Of a DNA stretch of 64,000 bases, positions 48,774-59,069 are shown in pieces. The stretch is from NCBI RefSeq assembly GCF_000002075.1, contig NW_004798738.1, positions 1-64,000 of the forward strand, in the 5' to 3' direction. Each line of letters starts with the position of its first letter. Position 1 is the stretch's first letter. A program made the position numbers and the translations under genes. This stretch comes from Aplysia californica. Its lineage: Eukaryota. The notes beneath the pieces were generated by a model. It was not told where the DNA came from. It ran no database searches and worked only from the letters and a program-made list of their open reading frames with translations.

Positions 48774-49478
48774 ATGGCCACTCAAATTAATTCCACTATC
48801 CTTAAGCAGCTGCAGGCCCTGGACAATCCAGGGCCAAATGCCTTGCGTCCTAAAGTGGGCAGCAATACCGTCACTAAGGCCACGGCAACGGTTAATGGCA
48901 ATCAAGGGGGCAGTACAGGCCAACAGATTTATACCCCCAATATCGGTCGGCAAGAGCAGGCTACCCTTGATCGAACGTATGAACAGGAAAAGAAATATGC
49001 CGCTTTAGATTTAGCTACAGCTAAAAAAGCTTCAGCGATTGAAGATTCAATAGACTCCAGGAAGGCAACCCGAGAACATCACTACGCCTCTCAAATCGAT
49101 CAATCTGCAAACCGATCTAGCCAGATGAAGGACTTAAATAAACTACGGGAAACCCGTAGTATTAACGACGCCAATAAGGCTGTGGCTCGGTATGGGGCAA
49201 ATGCTCAGATTAGTTCATCTAAGATTGATGCGGGTGCAAGTAATTATGCTGCTGACAGGCAAAATGATTCTGCTCGTCATGCCGCCAATATGAGTTTTAA
49301 AGAAGCCCAATTGCGAGTGAATGCCGATGTGGGAATTAGCGCTGCCGACCGGGCTTCTAATGAAAAGCTGGGGTTTGCCAAAATCAATGCCGATAACGCC
49401 AATGCAGCGGCAGATCGGCATTATGGTGTGCTGACTTCTTTTATAAACAAAGGCCAAAGTAACTTTAAATATTGGTAG
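48774..49478 (+). CDS. A/N/S-rich helical protein, putative internal virion protein
   Basis: ARYGAN/SNYAAD/ARHAAN repeats. Confidence 0.5.
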   Translation: MATQINSTILKQLQALDNPGPNALRPKVGSNTVTKATATVNGNQGGSTGQQIYTPNIGRQEQATLDRTYEQEKKYAALDLATAKKASAIEDSIDSRKATREHHYASQIDQSANRSSQMKDLNKLRETRSINDANKAVARYGANAQISSSKIDAGASNYAADRQNDSARHAANMSFKEAQLRVNADVGISAADRASNEKLGFAKINADNANAAADRHYGVLTSFINKGQSNFKYW

Positions 49479-49486
49479 GGGGTTAG

Positions 49487-50314
49487 ATGACTGGAATAGC
49501 GCAGATAAATAATGCCGCATTACACCAGATGTACCGGCATAATGTAGATTCTTCTAGGTCTAGCAAAGGAGGTTCTAGTTCCTCAAGCTCCTCAAACCCT
49601 GATGGATACAGAGTTCCCACAGAGCTTGGGCCGGGACAGGCGGTTGTCGGCTGGAGCAAAGAGCGAACGAAAGCACACAACAAACGGGCTCGTGAGTTTC
49701 AATCGCGGGAGCAGGCGATTCATCGCTATAAGCAGATAGCAGCATTGAATAAGGCCAAACAAGAAGCTGGGGTTTCAGGTTCAAACAGCTTGGGATCTTT
49801 TGTTGGATCTGCGAGTAATAGTTCTAATTCCTCTAGCGCTACTGGCTCTAGCAACGCAGGGGCTAATACTGGTTCTGGGTTACCTTCTGTCGGGGATTTG
49901 AAGGGGGATGTCAAAGATATTCTCTATACCCAGTTTCAGAATGACACCCGAGCCATGGGGCGAGCCTTTGGCTTTCGGACGAAGGAAGCGGCCCAGGCTT
50001 ACAAGCATGATAAAGGGCGAGCCGCTCAGGGGTATCAACATCAAAAGGGATTGGCTGCCCAGGGCTTCAAACACCAAAAGGGTTTAAACCAGCAAAATTT
50101 TACCCACTCCAAAGAACTGAAGGAAGTAGACTTTGGCCATACCCAGCAGCTTAATAAGGACCGATTTGCCCATGAGGATGATCAGCTGGGTAAACGGAAC
50201 GCTCATCAGCTAGCGACCATGCGTCTAGAGAATCAGTTCCAGGATGACAACTGGCGGCGCAATCGAGCCGCAGCCCATAGTACCTTTCGTAATGCTGGTT
50301 CAGCTATGAAGTAA
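49487..50314 (+). CDS. S/G-rich protein with 11-aa repeats
   Basis: AAQGYQHQKGL / AAQGFKHQKGL repeats. Confidence 0.5.
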   Translation: MTGIAQINNAALHQMYRHNVDSSRSSKGGSSSSSSSNPDGYRVPTELGPGQAVVGWSKERTKAHNKRAREFQSREQAIHRYKQIAALNKAKQEAGVSGSNSLGSFVGSASNSSNSSSATGSSNAGANTGSGLPSVGDLKGDVKDILYTQFQNDTRAMGRAFGFRTKEAAQAYKHDKGRAAQGYQHQKGLAAQGFKHQKGLNQQNFTHSKELKEVDFGHTQQLNKDRFAHEDDQLGKRNAHQLATMRLENQFQDDNWRRNRAAAHSTFRNAGSAMK

Positions 50315-51001
50315 ATGAGTGATCCTATTACCCCTGTTTCTACTAATCAGCTAGAAACTACCACTGGCCAACAACTACCTTTACGTCAATTTGTAGCAAA
50401 GCTACCTATCAAACTACAGAAAACGTTAACCCAATATGCCCTACATGATGCTAAAGGGCTGGTGGATATCCAGGTTCATCTGCAGCAGCAGTTTCAGTTG
50501 GATTATCCCCTGGATGAGATTGGCCGATGGCGGCAGACTCAGCTGCCAGTTTCCTCTCAGGTAGCTAGCATTAATCTAGATACCTCTCAGTATCATGGTT
50601 TAGAAGAGCAGTATGAGCTGGAATACCAAATGGCTCAAATCCATACTCGCCTGGAAGAAGTCTATAGCGTTATTGATCAGTTTGGCGGGGTTATTGAAGA
50701 TCAGTCTGAAGCGGATCAGCGGTATCAAGCCCTTGTCTTAGTCAAAAAAGCGGGTGGGTTAACCCTCCAGGATGCCTATCGGCTATTGCCCTCTTTGATT
50801 CAGCAGCAAGCGGTATTGATTGAGAAGCTTAACAAGATGCGGTTTATTGATAACCGTTCAGAGCTGATTCTCTCTGGGGCTGACTTTGTGATTCGCTATT
50901 TGCAAAAGCAGGCAAAGGGCTTACCCCAGGCTGGAGAGATTGTTGATCAGCTTTGCATGGGGGCCTGGTCAGCGGTTAATACTCATGTTAACCACCAATA
51001 A
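50315..51001 (+). CDS. Hypothetical protein, candidate terminase small subunit
   Basis: Helical; directly upstream of terL (positional inference). Confidence 0.45.
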   Translation: MSDPITPVSTNQLETTTGQQLPLRQFVAKLPIKLQKTLTQYALHDAKGLVDIQVHLQQQFQLDYPLDEIGRWRQTQLPVSSQVASINLDTSQYHGLEEQYELEYQMAQIHTRLEEVYSVIDQFGGVIEDQSEADQRYQALVLVKKAGGLTLQDAYRLLPSLIQQQAVLIEKLNKMRFIDNRSELILSGADFVIRYLQKQAKGLPQAGEIVDQLCMGAWSAVNTHVNHQ

Positions 51002-51003
51002 CA

Positions 51004-52584
51004 ATGGCTCGCACCCTTGATATTCATTCTATCTATACGCGCAATGCCTTAGCATTGGCTCGTGAAGGGACTGTGGAGGCTCCTCAGCTGAGGGAAGAAG
51101 AGCTACCGCCTATTGTCCTTTTATGTCGACAGCCAACCCAGAAAGGCTTTAGGGCTTTTTATGAATATGTCTGTGAACTCAAGCCAGCGTTGCATATGGA
51201 GTCTTGGATTGAGGAACTGATCCCAGAGCAAGACTCAAAATATTTGCGAGGGATTGCTGGGCCACATACGAATATTTTGGCTCCACGGGGGTCCGCTAAA
51301 TCTACGGTACTGACTATCTTTGTGGCGTGGGTGATTGGCATTCACTACGCTCCAGACTGGGCTGTGGCGATCCAGATTATGTATCTCAGCTATAGCCAAT
51401 CCAATGCGGCTCAAAAGTCTGATGAGATTCGCACGATTATTGAATCGCCTCGCTATTACCAAGTCTTTCCCTGGGCACGTCCTTCAAACCAGAAATGGGG
51501 GAGTGAGAAATGGATGATGGACAAAAAGCACGCCGGTATCAATCCGATTGGCACGGCAGCTTTCACTCTAGTCACTGCAGGCATCCTAGGTGCAATTGTC
51601 TCTAAGCGTTGCCATTTGATTATTATTGACGACATCATTAAATCGACTCAGGCGATTGAGAATCCTACCATTCGCGAAAAGATGGAGTCGAACTGGGAAA
51701 GCTCAGCTCGGCCTACCTTGCTGGAAGGGGGGCGAGCTTTTAGCCTCGGCACTCGGTTTCGAGCTGATGATATTCACTGCACAAAATTCTGCCCGATCGC
51801 GGGCTGGGTGTTGCTCGAACAGTCCGCTTTAATTGAGTACCCAGATCCTAAAGGCAATATCTTAGAAGCTAGCTATTGGCCAGAGATGTACAGCCTGGAG
51901 CATTTGAAGCGGTACCAACATGATGCGCCCATTGATTTTATGTTCCAGTACCAGAATGTCCTGGGCTTCACGAAGAAAACAGGTATCCATCCTGATTGGA
52001 TCCATAAGACAGTGGTGCCTCAGTATTTTGACTACTTAGCCGTAGGTGGTGACTTAGCAGCGGGCAAGCGCAATAAGAATGACTACACAGTTTTTGTCCT
52101 TGGAGGTCGCAAGGATAATCGCTTCTATATTTTGGATATGATTCGCTCTCGCTGGGTCGGCAATATTGACAAACTAGATGCCTTGCTAGACATGCTGTCT
52201 TTGTGGGGAATTGTGGATGTGGAGCAGCAAGAAGATGGTTTGTTCCACTACTATCCGACAGAATTGCAGTGCCATTTATTTATTGAGTCCAATGCTTATC
52301 AGTCTTCCTTGAAGGGGGACTTTGAAGCTTACGTGCAGGGAGAGCACCAAATCTATAACCTGATTTACCGCAAGCAGCATTCCGTTAGCGACAAAGAGGC
52401 TCGCTTTCAGGGGATTGTTGGCCCTTTCCAGCAACACCATGTTTACTGGAATCAGTATGCTGACTTTAAGGAAATGCACCGGGAGATTACCAACTATGGG
52501 GCCACAGCTCATGATGATTGTTGCGATGCCCTGGAAAAGCTTATTAGTGGACTCAGAGGCCGACGAAAACTCCAAGCCCACTAA
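51004..52584 (+). CDS. terL: Terminase large subunit
   Basis: Walker A APRGSAKST; Walker B LIIIDD; GTRF; nuclease motifs GGDLA...DYTV and HDDCCDA. Confidence 0.92.
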   Translation: MARTLDIHSIYTRNALALAREGTVEAPQLREEELPPIVLLCRQPTQKGFRAFYEYVCELKPALHMESWIEELIPEQDSKYLRGIAGPHTNILAPRGSAKSTVLTIFVAWVIGIHYAPDWAVAIQIMYLSYSQSNAAQKSDEIRTIIESPRYYQVFPWARPSNQKWGSEKWMMDKKHAGINPIGTAAFTLVTAGILGAIVSKRCHLIIIDDIIKSTQAIENPTIREKMESNWESSARPTLLEGGRAFSLGTRFRADDIHCTKFCPIAGWVLLEQSALIEYPDPKGNILEASYWPEMYSLEHLKRYQHDAPIDFMFQYQNVLGFTKKTGIHPDWIHKTVVPQYFDYLAVGGDLAAGKRNKNDYTVFVLGGRKDNRFYILDMIRSRWVGNIDKLDALLDMLSLWGIVDVEQQEDGLFHYYPTELQCHLFIESNAYQSSLKGDFEAYVQGEHQIYNLIYRKQHSVSDKEARFQGIVGPFQQHHVYWNQYADFKEMHREITNYGATAHDDCCDALEKLISGLRGRRKLQAH

Positions 52585-53351
52585 CAGGCCCGATTACGAA
52601 TGGCGCAATATTCTTGAATTAACGTCATTAGCCACCACACTCCCTCCTTTGATATACGTGTGGCTACCACTTGAGGATTATTAAGGGCAAATCGGACAAT
52701 TGCTTTGTAGTGAATAAAATGCTGGCGAGTCTGGGTTCTGCTATTAATTTGCAGCAGTCCTCTCTCAATCCAGCCCCGAACAATTCGCTCGGAAATACCC
52801 AGGGCTGTGGCTAGGCTGGGTACTGATAAATACTGGCCTTTCTCCTCCAGGCTAAACAGACAGTCAAGCCTGCGAATCTTATGAGCTAAAGCAATCTTTG
52901 TGCGCACGGGCCATTGATTCTGCTCTGACAGCTTTAACCACCTGGAATAAATATTAGAAAGAGTTAAGTGGTCGGATTCAGCCAGCTCAACTAATGCATT
53001 TTCTTCGGCTTTTGACCAGGGGATAATCTGCATTGAAACCTCAGATAATTCTGATAGTAAAAGCTGTATTTCAGTATGCCCTCTAATGGGAAGCTCTTTT
53101 ATTTGAGCGACCTGTTGATAAACCTGTATAGGGTCTTTATCCTTTGATCCTAAGGCGTTTATTTCTACTAGTAAAGATATTTCTGGGTCTTGCCAAGGAA
53201 CAGCCATCTGACCAGCCTTGATCAGTCGATTTAATTTTGAGCGGATAGAATCCTCTGATTTCTGGAAGTGATTGGATAGATAAGAGATTGATTTTTTGGC
53301 AGTTGCTAATTCAATCAGTTCTTCTTCCAAGTGCTTAGGCCAGCAATTCAT
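52581..53351 (-). CDS. Multi-HTH DNA-binding protein
   Basis: Three W-x-x-x-E Myb-like repeats plus LSVPSLATALGISERIVRGWIERG. Confidence 0.65.
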   Translation of the reverse strand: MNCWPKHLEEELIELATAKKSISYLSNHFQKSEDSIRSKLNRLIKAGQMAVPWQDPEISLLVEINALGSKDKDPIQVYQQVAQIKELPIRGHTEIQLLLSELSEVSMQIIPWSKAEENALVELAESDHLTLSNIYSRWLKLSEQNQWPVRTKIALAHKIRRLDCLFSLEEKGQYLSVPSLATALGISERIVRGWIERGLLQINSRTQTRQHFIHYKAIVRFALNNPQVVATRISKEGVWWLMTLIQEYCAIRNRAC

Positions 53352-53423
53352 GGGTTGTTTTTATCTCGGTGGTTATTGTTAGGCATGTTTTAATTACTTA
53401 GATTAACTCCTTATTTCCAGTAA

Positions 53424-55724
53424 ATGCTTAAACAAATTCTGGATGCCTATTTGGCTGGCACAATGAGTGATCACGAAAGCATGATCATTCCAGCTCATTT
53501 AGCTCAAATGAGATTGTTTATGCTTCGTCAAGGGGTAAAGTTTTATCCGCTGCAAGATACACCCGCCGAAATTAGAAAGCGATGGTTGGATCGGTTATTA
53601 CATCACAGTCGTTTGGGTTTGTATCTGCCACGAATTGTAGATGAGCAATTATGTACGGGGCAGCTGTTATTTTACTTGCGGCCTGTGGGTGATCGGTATC
53701 AGCCTCTTTGGTTTGATGCTCGTCATCATCGGGTTTTTTACAACACCTTAGGTGAGATTTCAAAGGCGATTTGCCTTTACTCCTATGAGGCAGAGCCTAA
53801 CTTCAGGGCGGGTTCCATTGGTCGTCATCGGTCTGTTCGCCTCATTATTACAAAAGATGCAGTCCGTTACGCGGAGCGATCTGGGGTGAATGCTTTTGAG
53901 ATGGAACTGATGGGCGATATGGAGCTATCAGACCGCCAGGTTGAGAATGAGCGCATTGTACGCAACGAAACAGGCGTCCTTCCCTGTGTGGTAGTTAAGA
54001 ATCATGATCCTGGTCCAGGCATTCCGGGTCGAGATGAGTTTACGTCAATTGAATCGGCGTTGCTCACTCATTCTCGGATGCTTGACAACATCAATGAGAA
54101 CTTGCGGTTCTTTGGTAATCCCACTTTGATTACTAGCCGAACTATCAATGACCTGTTGATGATGGATGGCACCAGTGGCCGTCAAGCGACGACGGTGGCT
54201 GCTCAGTCTGGGTTCATGGGTACGGGGGGATCAAGCGCTCGCAGTTTATCTGATCGCAATCAGTATCGCGAGCATATGCAGGAGAGGGGAGGTCTGCGGG
54301 TCCGCAGAATTATCGCCAACATGGAACCCGGTGAACGGGTTGGGTATATCACGCCCGATGCCGTTTCCGGGGACCACAACCGGTACCAGCTGGAGTACCG
54401 GGAATCTTTACGAACGATTTTAGGGGGAGTTGATGAGCTGGGTATTCATTCAGGCGCGACCGCGTTTGAAATTAAATCAATTTTTGGTCGAGCAGCGGCC
54501 ACCGCCAAGATGAAGTGCGAGGCTCTGTTTACCTTTGGCATTTGCGAGTTGTTCTCCCTGGGGATTGAAGCGGAGGAGAACCTTTATCGTCGGGGCTTAG
54601 CACGACGAATGGTGATGGATACGAAGCTCGCCAAGAAGCTGGGATTTAAATCTCAGCAGCTAGAGCAGTTCCAGGCCATTCTCGGCCAGCCTGGAATGGT
54701 GGAATCTCAGATTGGGGATGTCCATCAGTTCTTAAAGCAGGCTTTTCCAGATACGTCTATCCATGAATGGCTGCAGACTCAAACGCTAGTGGGAGAGCCA
54801 GAGGGGTTAATGCCTTATGGAGATCGCACCATTGACTGGGGCTGGAAAGGACCCGTGTTTGAGGAGTCGCCCCGAGAGAAGCTCAACCTTTCAATTATTG
54901 CCCGGAACATGCGTGAAGACGGGGTACAAACTATTGAGTCTTTGCGCCAGCAGTATCCAGACAAGACTGATAAGGAATTGCAAGCGATGCTGGGGGCTTA
55001 TCCTTTTCGACTCGCAGGCCAAATGCTTCAGGGGCTAGGGTCACTATTGCAGATGCAGCAGTCTGTGATTGCTTCACCTTTAATGCAAGTCCCTGATCCA
55101 CAGCAACCTCAAATGCCTCTCGGCCAACGGTACATTACTGCCCTCGGTCAGATTATCGAATCCAACCTCATGTCGTTACAAAAGGAATTAGATCATGGAC
55201 CCAAATACGATCCAGAGCGCTCAGCCACTAGCCCCAGGGAGTCCGCCGCCTACGCAGTCGGTGAATTTACCCCAGGGTCAGCCAGTCACGAACAATATGG
55301 TGAGCCCCTCCAGCTATCCGCAACAGGGTTACCAGTACCCAACTCAGGGAACAGTGGCTTTGCAGCAGCAGGTGCAGCCCCAGCCTACGGTGATCCAAGC
55401 GGCGGATCGCTTCCAGCCCCAGTGGGGGAATTACGGGACTTCAATATCCCCACCCCAGGTGCAACCCTCGCAAATCCCACAGGGGTACCAAACGGCCCAG
55501 CCAGCCCCGCAGCATTTGCCGCCCCCAGCCCGGCCTACAATGCCGGGGTACAACCCCCCAACGCAGGTCCAAACATCCCCCCAGACATTGCCAGTCAGCC
55601 CTGGTTATTCCAACAGCTCTATGGGGTACAGCCAGAATCTCCTTCCCAATCCTCTGGCAAATCCAAGCCCAAATCAGGTGGTTCAGGCTCCTCAGGCTCA
55701 TCAGGTTCCCGCAAGCGCAATTAG
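53424..55724 (+). CDS. Portal protein (putative)
   Basis: Size and position between terL and capsid; LPCVVVKN...GRDEF..I...FFGNPTL portal-like pattern. Confidence 0.7.
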   Translation: MLKQILDAYLAGTMSDHESMIIPAHLAQMRLFMLRQGVKFYPLQDTPAEIRKRWLDRLLHHSRLGLYLPRIVDEQLCTGQLLFYLRPVGDRYQPLWFDARHHRVFYNTLGEISKAICLYSYEAEPNFRAGSIGRHRSVRLIITKDAVRYAERSGVNAFEMELMGDMELSDRQVENERIVRNETGVLPCVVVKNHDPGPGIPGRDEFTSIESALLTHSRMLDNINENLRFFGNPTLITSRTINDLLMMDGTSGRQATTVAAQSGFMGTGGSSARSLSDRNQYREHMQERGGLRVRRIIANMEPGERVGYITPDAVSGDHNRYQLEYRESLRTILGGVDELGIHSGATAFEIKSIFGRAAATAKMKCEALFTFGICELFSLGIEAEENLYRRGLARRMVMDTKLAKKLGFKSQQLEQFQAILGQPGMVESQIGDVHQFLKQAFPDTSIHEWLQTQTLVGEPEGLMPYGDRTIDWGWKGPVFEESPREKLNLSIIARNMREDGVQTIESLRQQYPDKTDKELQAMLGAYPFRLAGQMLQGLGSLLQMQQSVIASPLMQVPDPQQPQMPLGQRYITALGQIIESNLMSLQKELDHGPKYDPERSATSPRESAAYAVGEFTPGSASHEQYGEPLQLSATGLPVPNSGNSGFAAAGAAPAYGDPSGGSLPAPVGELRDFNIPTPGATLANPTGVPNGPASPAAFAAPSPAYNAGVQPPNAGPNIPPDIASQPWLFQQLYGVQPESPSQSSGKSKPKSGGSGSSGSSGSRKRN

Positions 55725-56352
55725 TGATCCGAATTCAGACTGGCCTACTGTCGCTCAGCTAGAGCAGCAGTTTGGCCCCCAAGCCGCTGCCGTCCTTAAT
55801 GAATATGCCTGTGGCCTAGAGGATACGATTCAGCAGCAGGCTCAAGCGATTCAGTTCCAGCACGACACCTTACAAAAGCTCGCTCCCCATATTGATCGTT
55901 ATCAAGTGATGGAGTCAATTCTATTTGATGGCGGTGAGCTAGCGGACTGGGTGAACTGGTTCTACTCCCCGAATGGGCCAGACCCGCTCTACGAAGCAGC
56001 AACGCCAGAGCAAATGGCTCAGCAGCAGATGGCTGAACAGATTGGTCAGCAGCCTGTCACTGGCCCTATTCCTGGTCAGAATGCAGTGGACTGGAATGCT
56101 TCAGCAATATCGCCCCAGGCCCAGTACGAGTTTACTCAAGGCCAGCATCAGCAGTATCCACAGCAGCAGCAAGTTCCTGAAGTTGCCCGTCAAGTCTTCC
56201 CAGGTGGATATCCCAGTAATGCTGCTAGCCCAGCCAATCCATTGGACTTATTGAACAACACTTTGTTGATTAATCCTTCAGCGGCCCCTCACCTTTTAGA
56301 CAATATGATTCGCCAGGGTGCGCTATCTAATACAGCCTTGGTTTATCAATAA
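55195..56352 (+). CDS. Q/P-rich capsid scaffold protein (putative)
   Basis: AAGGA RBS; coiled-coil core; directly upstream of the capsid gene. Confidence 0.55.
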   Translation: MDPNTIQSAQPLAPGSPPPTQSVNLPQGQPVTNNMVSPSSYPQQGYQYPTQGTVALQQQVQPQPTVIQAADRFQPQWGNYGTSISPPQVQPSQIPQGYQTAQPAPQHLPPPARPTMPGYNPPTQVQTSPQTLPVSPGYSNSSMGYSQNLLPNPLANPSPNQVVQAPQAHQVPASAISDPNSDWPTVAQLEQQFGPQAAAVLNEYACGLEDTIQQQAQAIQFQHDTLQKLAPHIDRYQVMESILFDGGELADWVNWFYSPNGPDPLYEAATPEQMAQQQMAEQIGQQPVTGPIPGQNAVDWNASAISPQAQYEFTQGQHQQYPQQQQVPEVARQVFPGGYPSNAASPANPLDLLNNTLLINPSAAPHLLDNMIRQGALSNTALVYQ

Positions 56353-56505
56353 TGGTTGTTTTCTTGGGTATCTAGCCGTATAGGCGTAACTAAGATAATT
56401 TTAGTCCCCCTAACGAAAAATTAGGGGGACGAAGTGCGGGATATTCCCAATTCATTATTACTTACATTTGTCAGTTGAAACCAGCTGACTAGGGGGAAAT
56501 TTTAT

Positions 56506-57612
56506 ATGGTTTTTGTCGATAATGCTTTTCCGCAGATTTTAAGTGCGGAATTATACCGGCCCCATGCAGCCTATATTACTGAGATGCTGGTGGAAGCGAA
56601 GGTGGTCTGGGACCCAACTAAACAGCCTGGAGATACGGTTCAGCTGGATCGGTATGATTTCTGGGGCGACCAGGGCTTGAGTAAAGAAGCCCGGAAGCGA
56701 ACGGATACTCAAACGATTGGTACTGCAAATGGACGCGATATTGAGAAAGATATCATCTATGTCCACCTGCAGGAATTTACTGGACCGTCTGCTGCGGATA
56801 ATGCTTTTGCGCCCGCCTCTTTTCAGATTCCACTGCGAAAAGTTTTGTTTGGCCAACGGGTGTTATGGGGGCAGACGTCTTTAGCACCGGGACAGGATCG
56901 GATTCAGCAGTTCCACGATTCGATTGGTTCGATCACCTTGCTGGATGACTATCGTCGGTGGCGCGATCGCGTCTTTATTAATGAGCTACTAAAGTCCACT
57001 AACGTCTATAACCCCGGTGGCGAAGTAACGGATGGTACTTCGTATGCTGCGGGAACGGAGCGTAACGTGGAGGGTCGGTTCGCCACGGCTGACGTTCAAA
57101 AGGTTGTAGAGCAGCTGACCACTCGCAATGCGCCTCGGTTTGCAGATAGTACCTATCGCGGTATTGTCTCACCTCGGTTTATGCGTCACCTGCAAAATGA
57201 TGAGTCCTTCCGGGAAGTGATGCGCTACCCTGGCATGTCAACCCAGTTGCTGGGGGGACTGATGTATGGCCAGTCTCAAGCGATGGCTGACCAGAATGGC
57301 CAGATTATGCCAGGGGGGATGCCCCAAGCGGTGGTCTATGAAGGGGTGAGCTTCTTTGTCTCTAATAACCTACCCACCTCCACCGTTAGCATTGGCTTTA
57401 ATGGGGGTGCTGCTGTGGATACCACTGCATATTTAGGGATTTTCTTCGGACCTCAGTCCATTGGCATGGCGATGGGCGGTGAAGGGGCACGAGTCTTACT
57501 AAACCAGAATGATGACTTCTCTCGGTTCTTGATTGCTATTTGGCAACTATATGCTGGATGGGAGCTTCTGAATGAGAACTTTGTCACAATCGCTCGTACC
57601 TATGCTGACTAA
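56506..57612 (+). CDS. Major capsid protein
   Basis: 368 aa; GDTVQL, YRGIVSPRFMRHLQND, YEGVSFFVSNNLP, FFGPQSIG (HK97-fold capsid-like). Confidence 0.8.
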   Translation: MVFVDNAFPQILSAELYRPHAAYITEMLVEAKVVWDPTKQPGDTVQLDRYDFWGDQGLSKEARKRTDTQTIGTANGRDIEKDIIYVHLQEFTGPSAADNAFAPASFQIPLRKVLFGQRVLWGQTSLAPGQDRIQQFHDSIGSITLLDDYRRWRDRVFINELLKSTNVYNPGGEVTDGTSYAAGTERNVEGRFATADVQKVVEQLTTRNAPRFADSTYRGIVSPRFMRHLQNDESFREVMRYPGMSTQLLGGLMYGQSQAMADQNGQIMPGGMPQAVVYEGVSFFVSNNLPTSTVSIGFNGGAAVDTTAYLGIFFGPQSIGMAMGGEGARVLLNQNDDFSRFLIAIWQLYAGWELLNENFVTIARTYAD

Positions 57613-57643
57613 TTGCGTTAATTGATTTCAGGAGAATTTCTAA

Positions 57644-58252
57644 ATGGCTATCATTCCCTTAAATAGTCCCATCGCACCAGGGAACTACATTAATATTTTG
57701 GATGCGAAGAAGGGGCAGTTCCTGGAGCTACTGGGCTATCGGGTTGTCCATGTCCTGGGTGTCGCTAAGGTTGACAGCACTGGTGGCACTAGCTTCCCCG
57801 TTCGGCTGCGTCCTGATGAGTTCTTGCCTCACGATGAAGGCAATCAAATCAGTCTTCCCTCTGGAGCAATGGTGCTTCGGTCTGCCTTCACCGTTCCAGA
57901 GGGGTTGGTAGCAACAGATGGTGATGTGCTGACCTATGCGGGTGCTGTCGGTGCTAGCTCCACCGCTGGCGTGCATTTAGCTGTAGTTTCTGGGGCTGCT
58001 GCTAGTAGTACCTTCGCTGCGGGCAGCTTTGTCTCTCAAGCGCCTATTGGGGCATTCTTGGGAGAGGCAGCTGCCAGTACAGCATTAGCAGCGGATGTGG
58101 ACCTAAGTATTAATGTTGCCAATGCGGTGTCAGCTGCAGCAACCTTATATTTGCCCTGTGAGATTATTTACACAGTTGCTGATCCGCAAGGTCCAACCCT
58201 AGAGCAAGCCTATCCTCAACTACAAGGGCGCTCAACCGTTATTAGTAGCTAA
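57644..58252 (+). CDS. Capsid decoration/cement protein (putative)
   Basis: A/G/S/V-rich beta protein after the capsid gene; AGGAG RBS. Confidence 0.5.
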   Translation: MAIIPLNSPIAPGNYINILDAKKGQFLELLGYRVVHVLGVAKVDSTGGTSFPVRLRPDEFLPHDEGNQISLPSGAMVLRSAFTVPEGLVATDGDVLTYAGAVGASSTAGVHLAVVSGAAASSTFAAGSFVSQAPIGAFLGEAAASTALAADVDLSINVANAVSAAATLYLPCEIIYTVADPQGPTLEQAYPQLQGRSTVISS

Positions 58253-58259
58253 GGTTATT

Positions 58260-58296
58260 AGGCAGGGGTTTGCTCCCTGCCTCGTTTGTTATTTTT
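58260..58296 (+). terminator. Intrinsic terminator after capsid genes
   Basis: AGGCAGGG...CCCTGCCT followed by a T-rich tail. Confidence 0.55.
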
Positions 58297-58309
58297 GGGG
58301 GATCGATAA

Positions 58310-59056
58310 ATGGCAACTGCAGAAGAGAAGGAAGCCAGTAAGCTTGCTGCTCAGGAGGCTCGTAAAGCAGCTCGGCGTGCCTCTCGTCAGCAGGCTCAGC
58401 TCCAGCGTCAAGAAGCTAAAGCTGACGAAAAAGCAAAGCAGCAAGCGGAAAAAGCTGAAGCAAAAGTTGAGCGGCAAGAGGCTAGGGCGGAGGAAAAAGC
58501 AGCGGCAAAAGAAGAGCGGCAAGCGGAAAAGGCTGCTGCTCAAGAACTCAAGGCAGCTCAGCGTCAAGCTCGGGCTGCGGCTCGAACTGAACGACAGCAG
58601 GCTCGTAAAAATTCAGCGATTCATTTGGTCGAGCCCCCTTCTCCCTCTGAGACCGTACAGGTTTTACCTAAGCCTCTAGACTCGGAGAAGAGCGCCTTTG
58701 TCCCTGACCCTAAAACCTATGTATATCAAGGGCGACGGGTTCAGGTGATGCAGCGTTTTCATGACATGGTTCAAATCAAGGATGGTGGGCATATTAAATA
58801 TGCTCAGCCTAATCACGTCACTCAAGCGAGTGCTGCTAACCCTGGGGTAGGAGATAGTGAAAAGATCAATATCAACACTGCCTTCGTGGAAGATTTGACC
58901 ACTCATCCATTTTTGGGAATTCGCTCTCGGGGTGTAGCCAATCAACTGATTCGCAATCGCCAGGAGGGCTATCGAGACTTTGAGCATTTTCGGATGGTTA
59001 ATGGCCATATCAGCTCTCTTAATTGGCAAATTATGCAGCAGTACCTAAAGTTCTAA
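58310..59056 (+). CDS. Protein with A/E/K/R helix and C-terminal helix-hairpin-helix (ComEA-like) domain
   Basis: KININTA..EDL...LGI...VANQLIRNR..GYRDFE. Confidence 0.65.
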   Translation: MATAEEKEASKLAAQEARKAARRASRQQAQLQRQEAKADEKAKQQAEKAEAKVERQEARAEEKAAAKEERQAEKAAAQELKAAQRQARAAARTERQQARKNSAIHLVEPPSPSETVQVLPKPLDSEKSAFVPDPKTYVYQGRRVQVMQRFHDMVQIKDGGHIKYAQPNHVTQASAANPGVGDSEKININTAFVEDLTTHPFLGIRSRGVANQLIRNRQEGYRDFEHFRMVNGHISSLNWQIMQQYLKF

Positions 59057-59069
59057 ATGCCAGCTCTAC

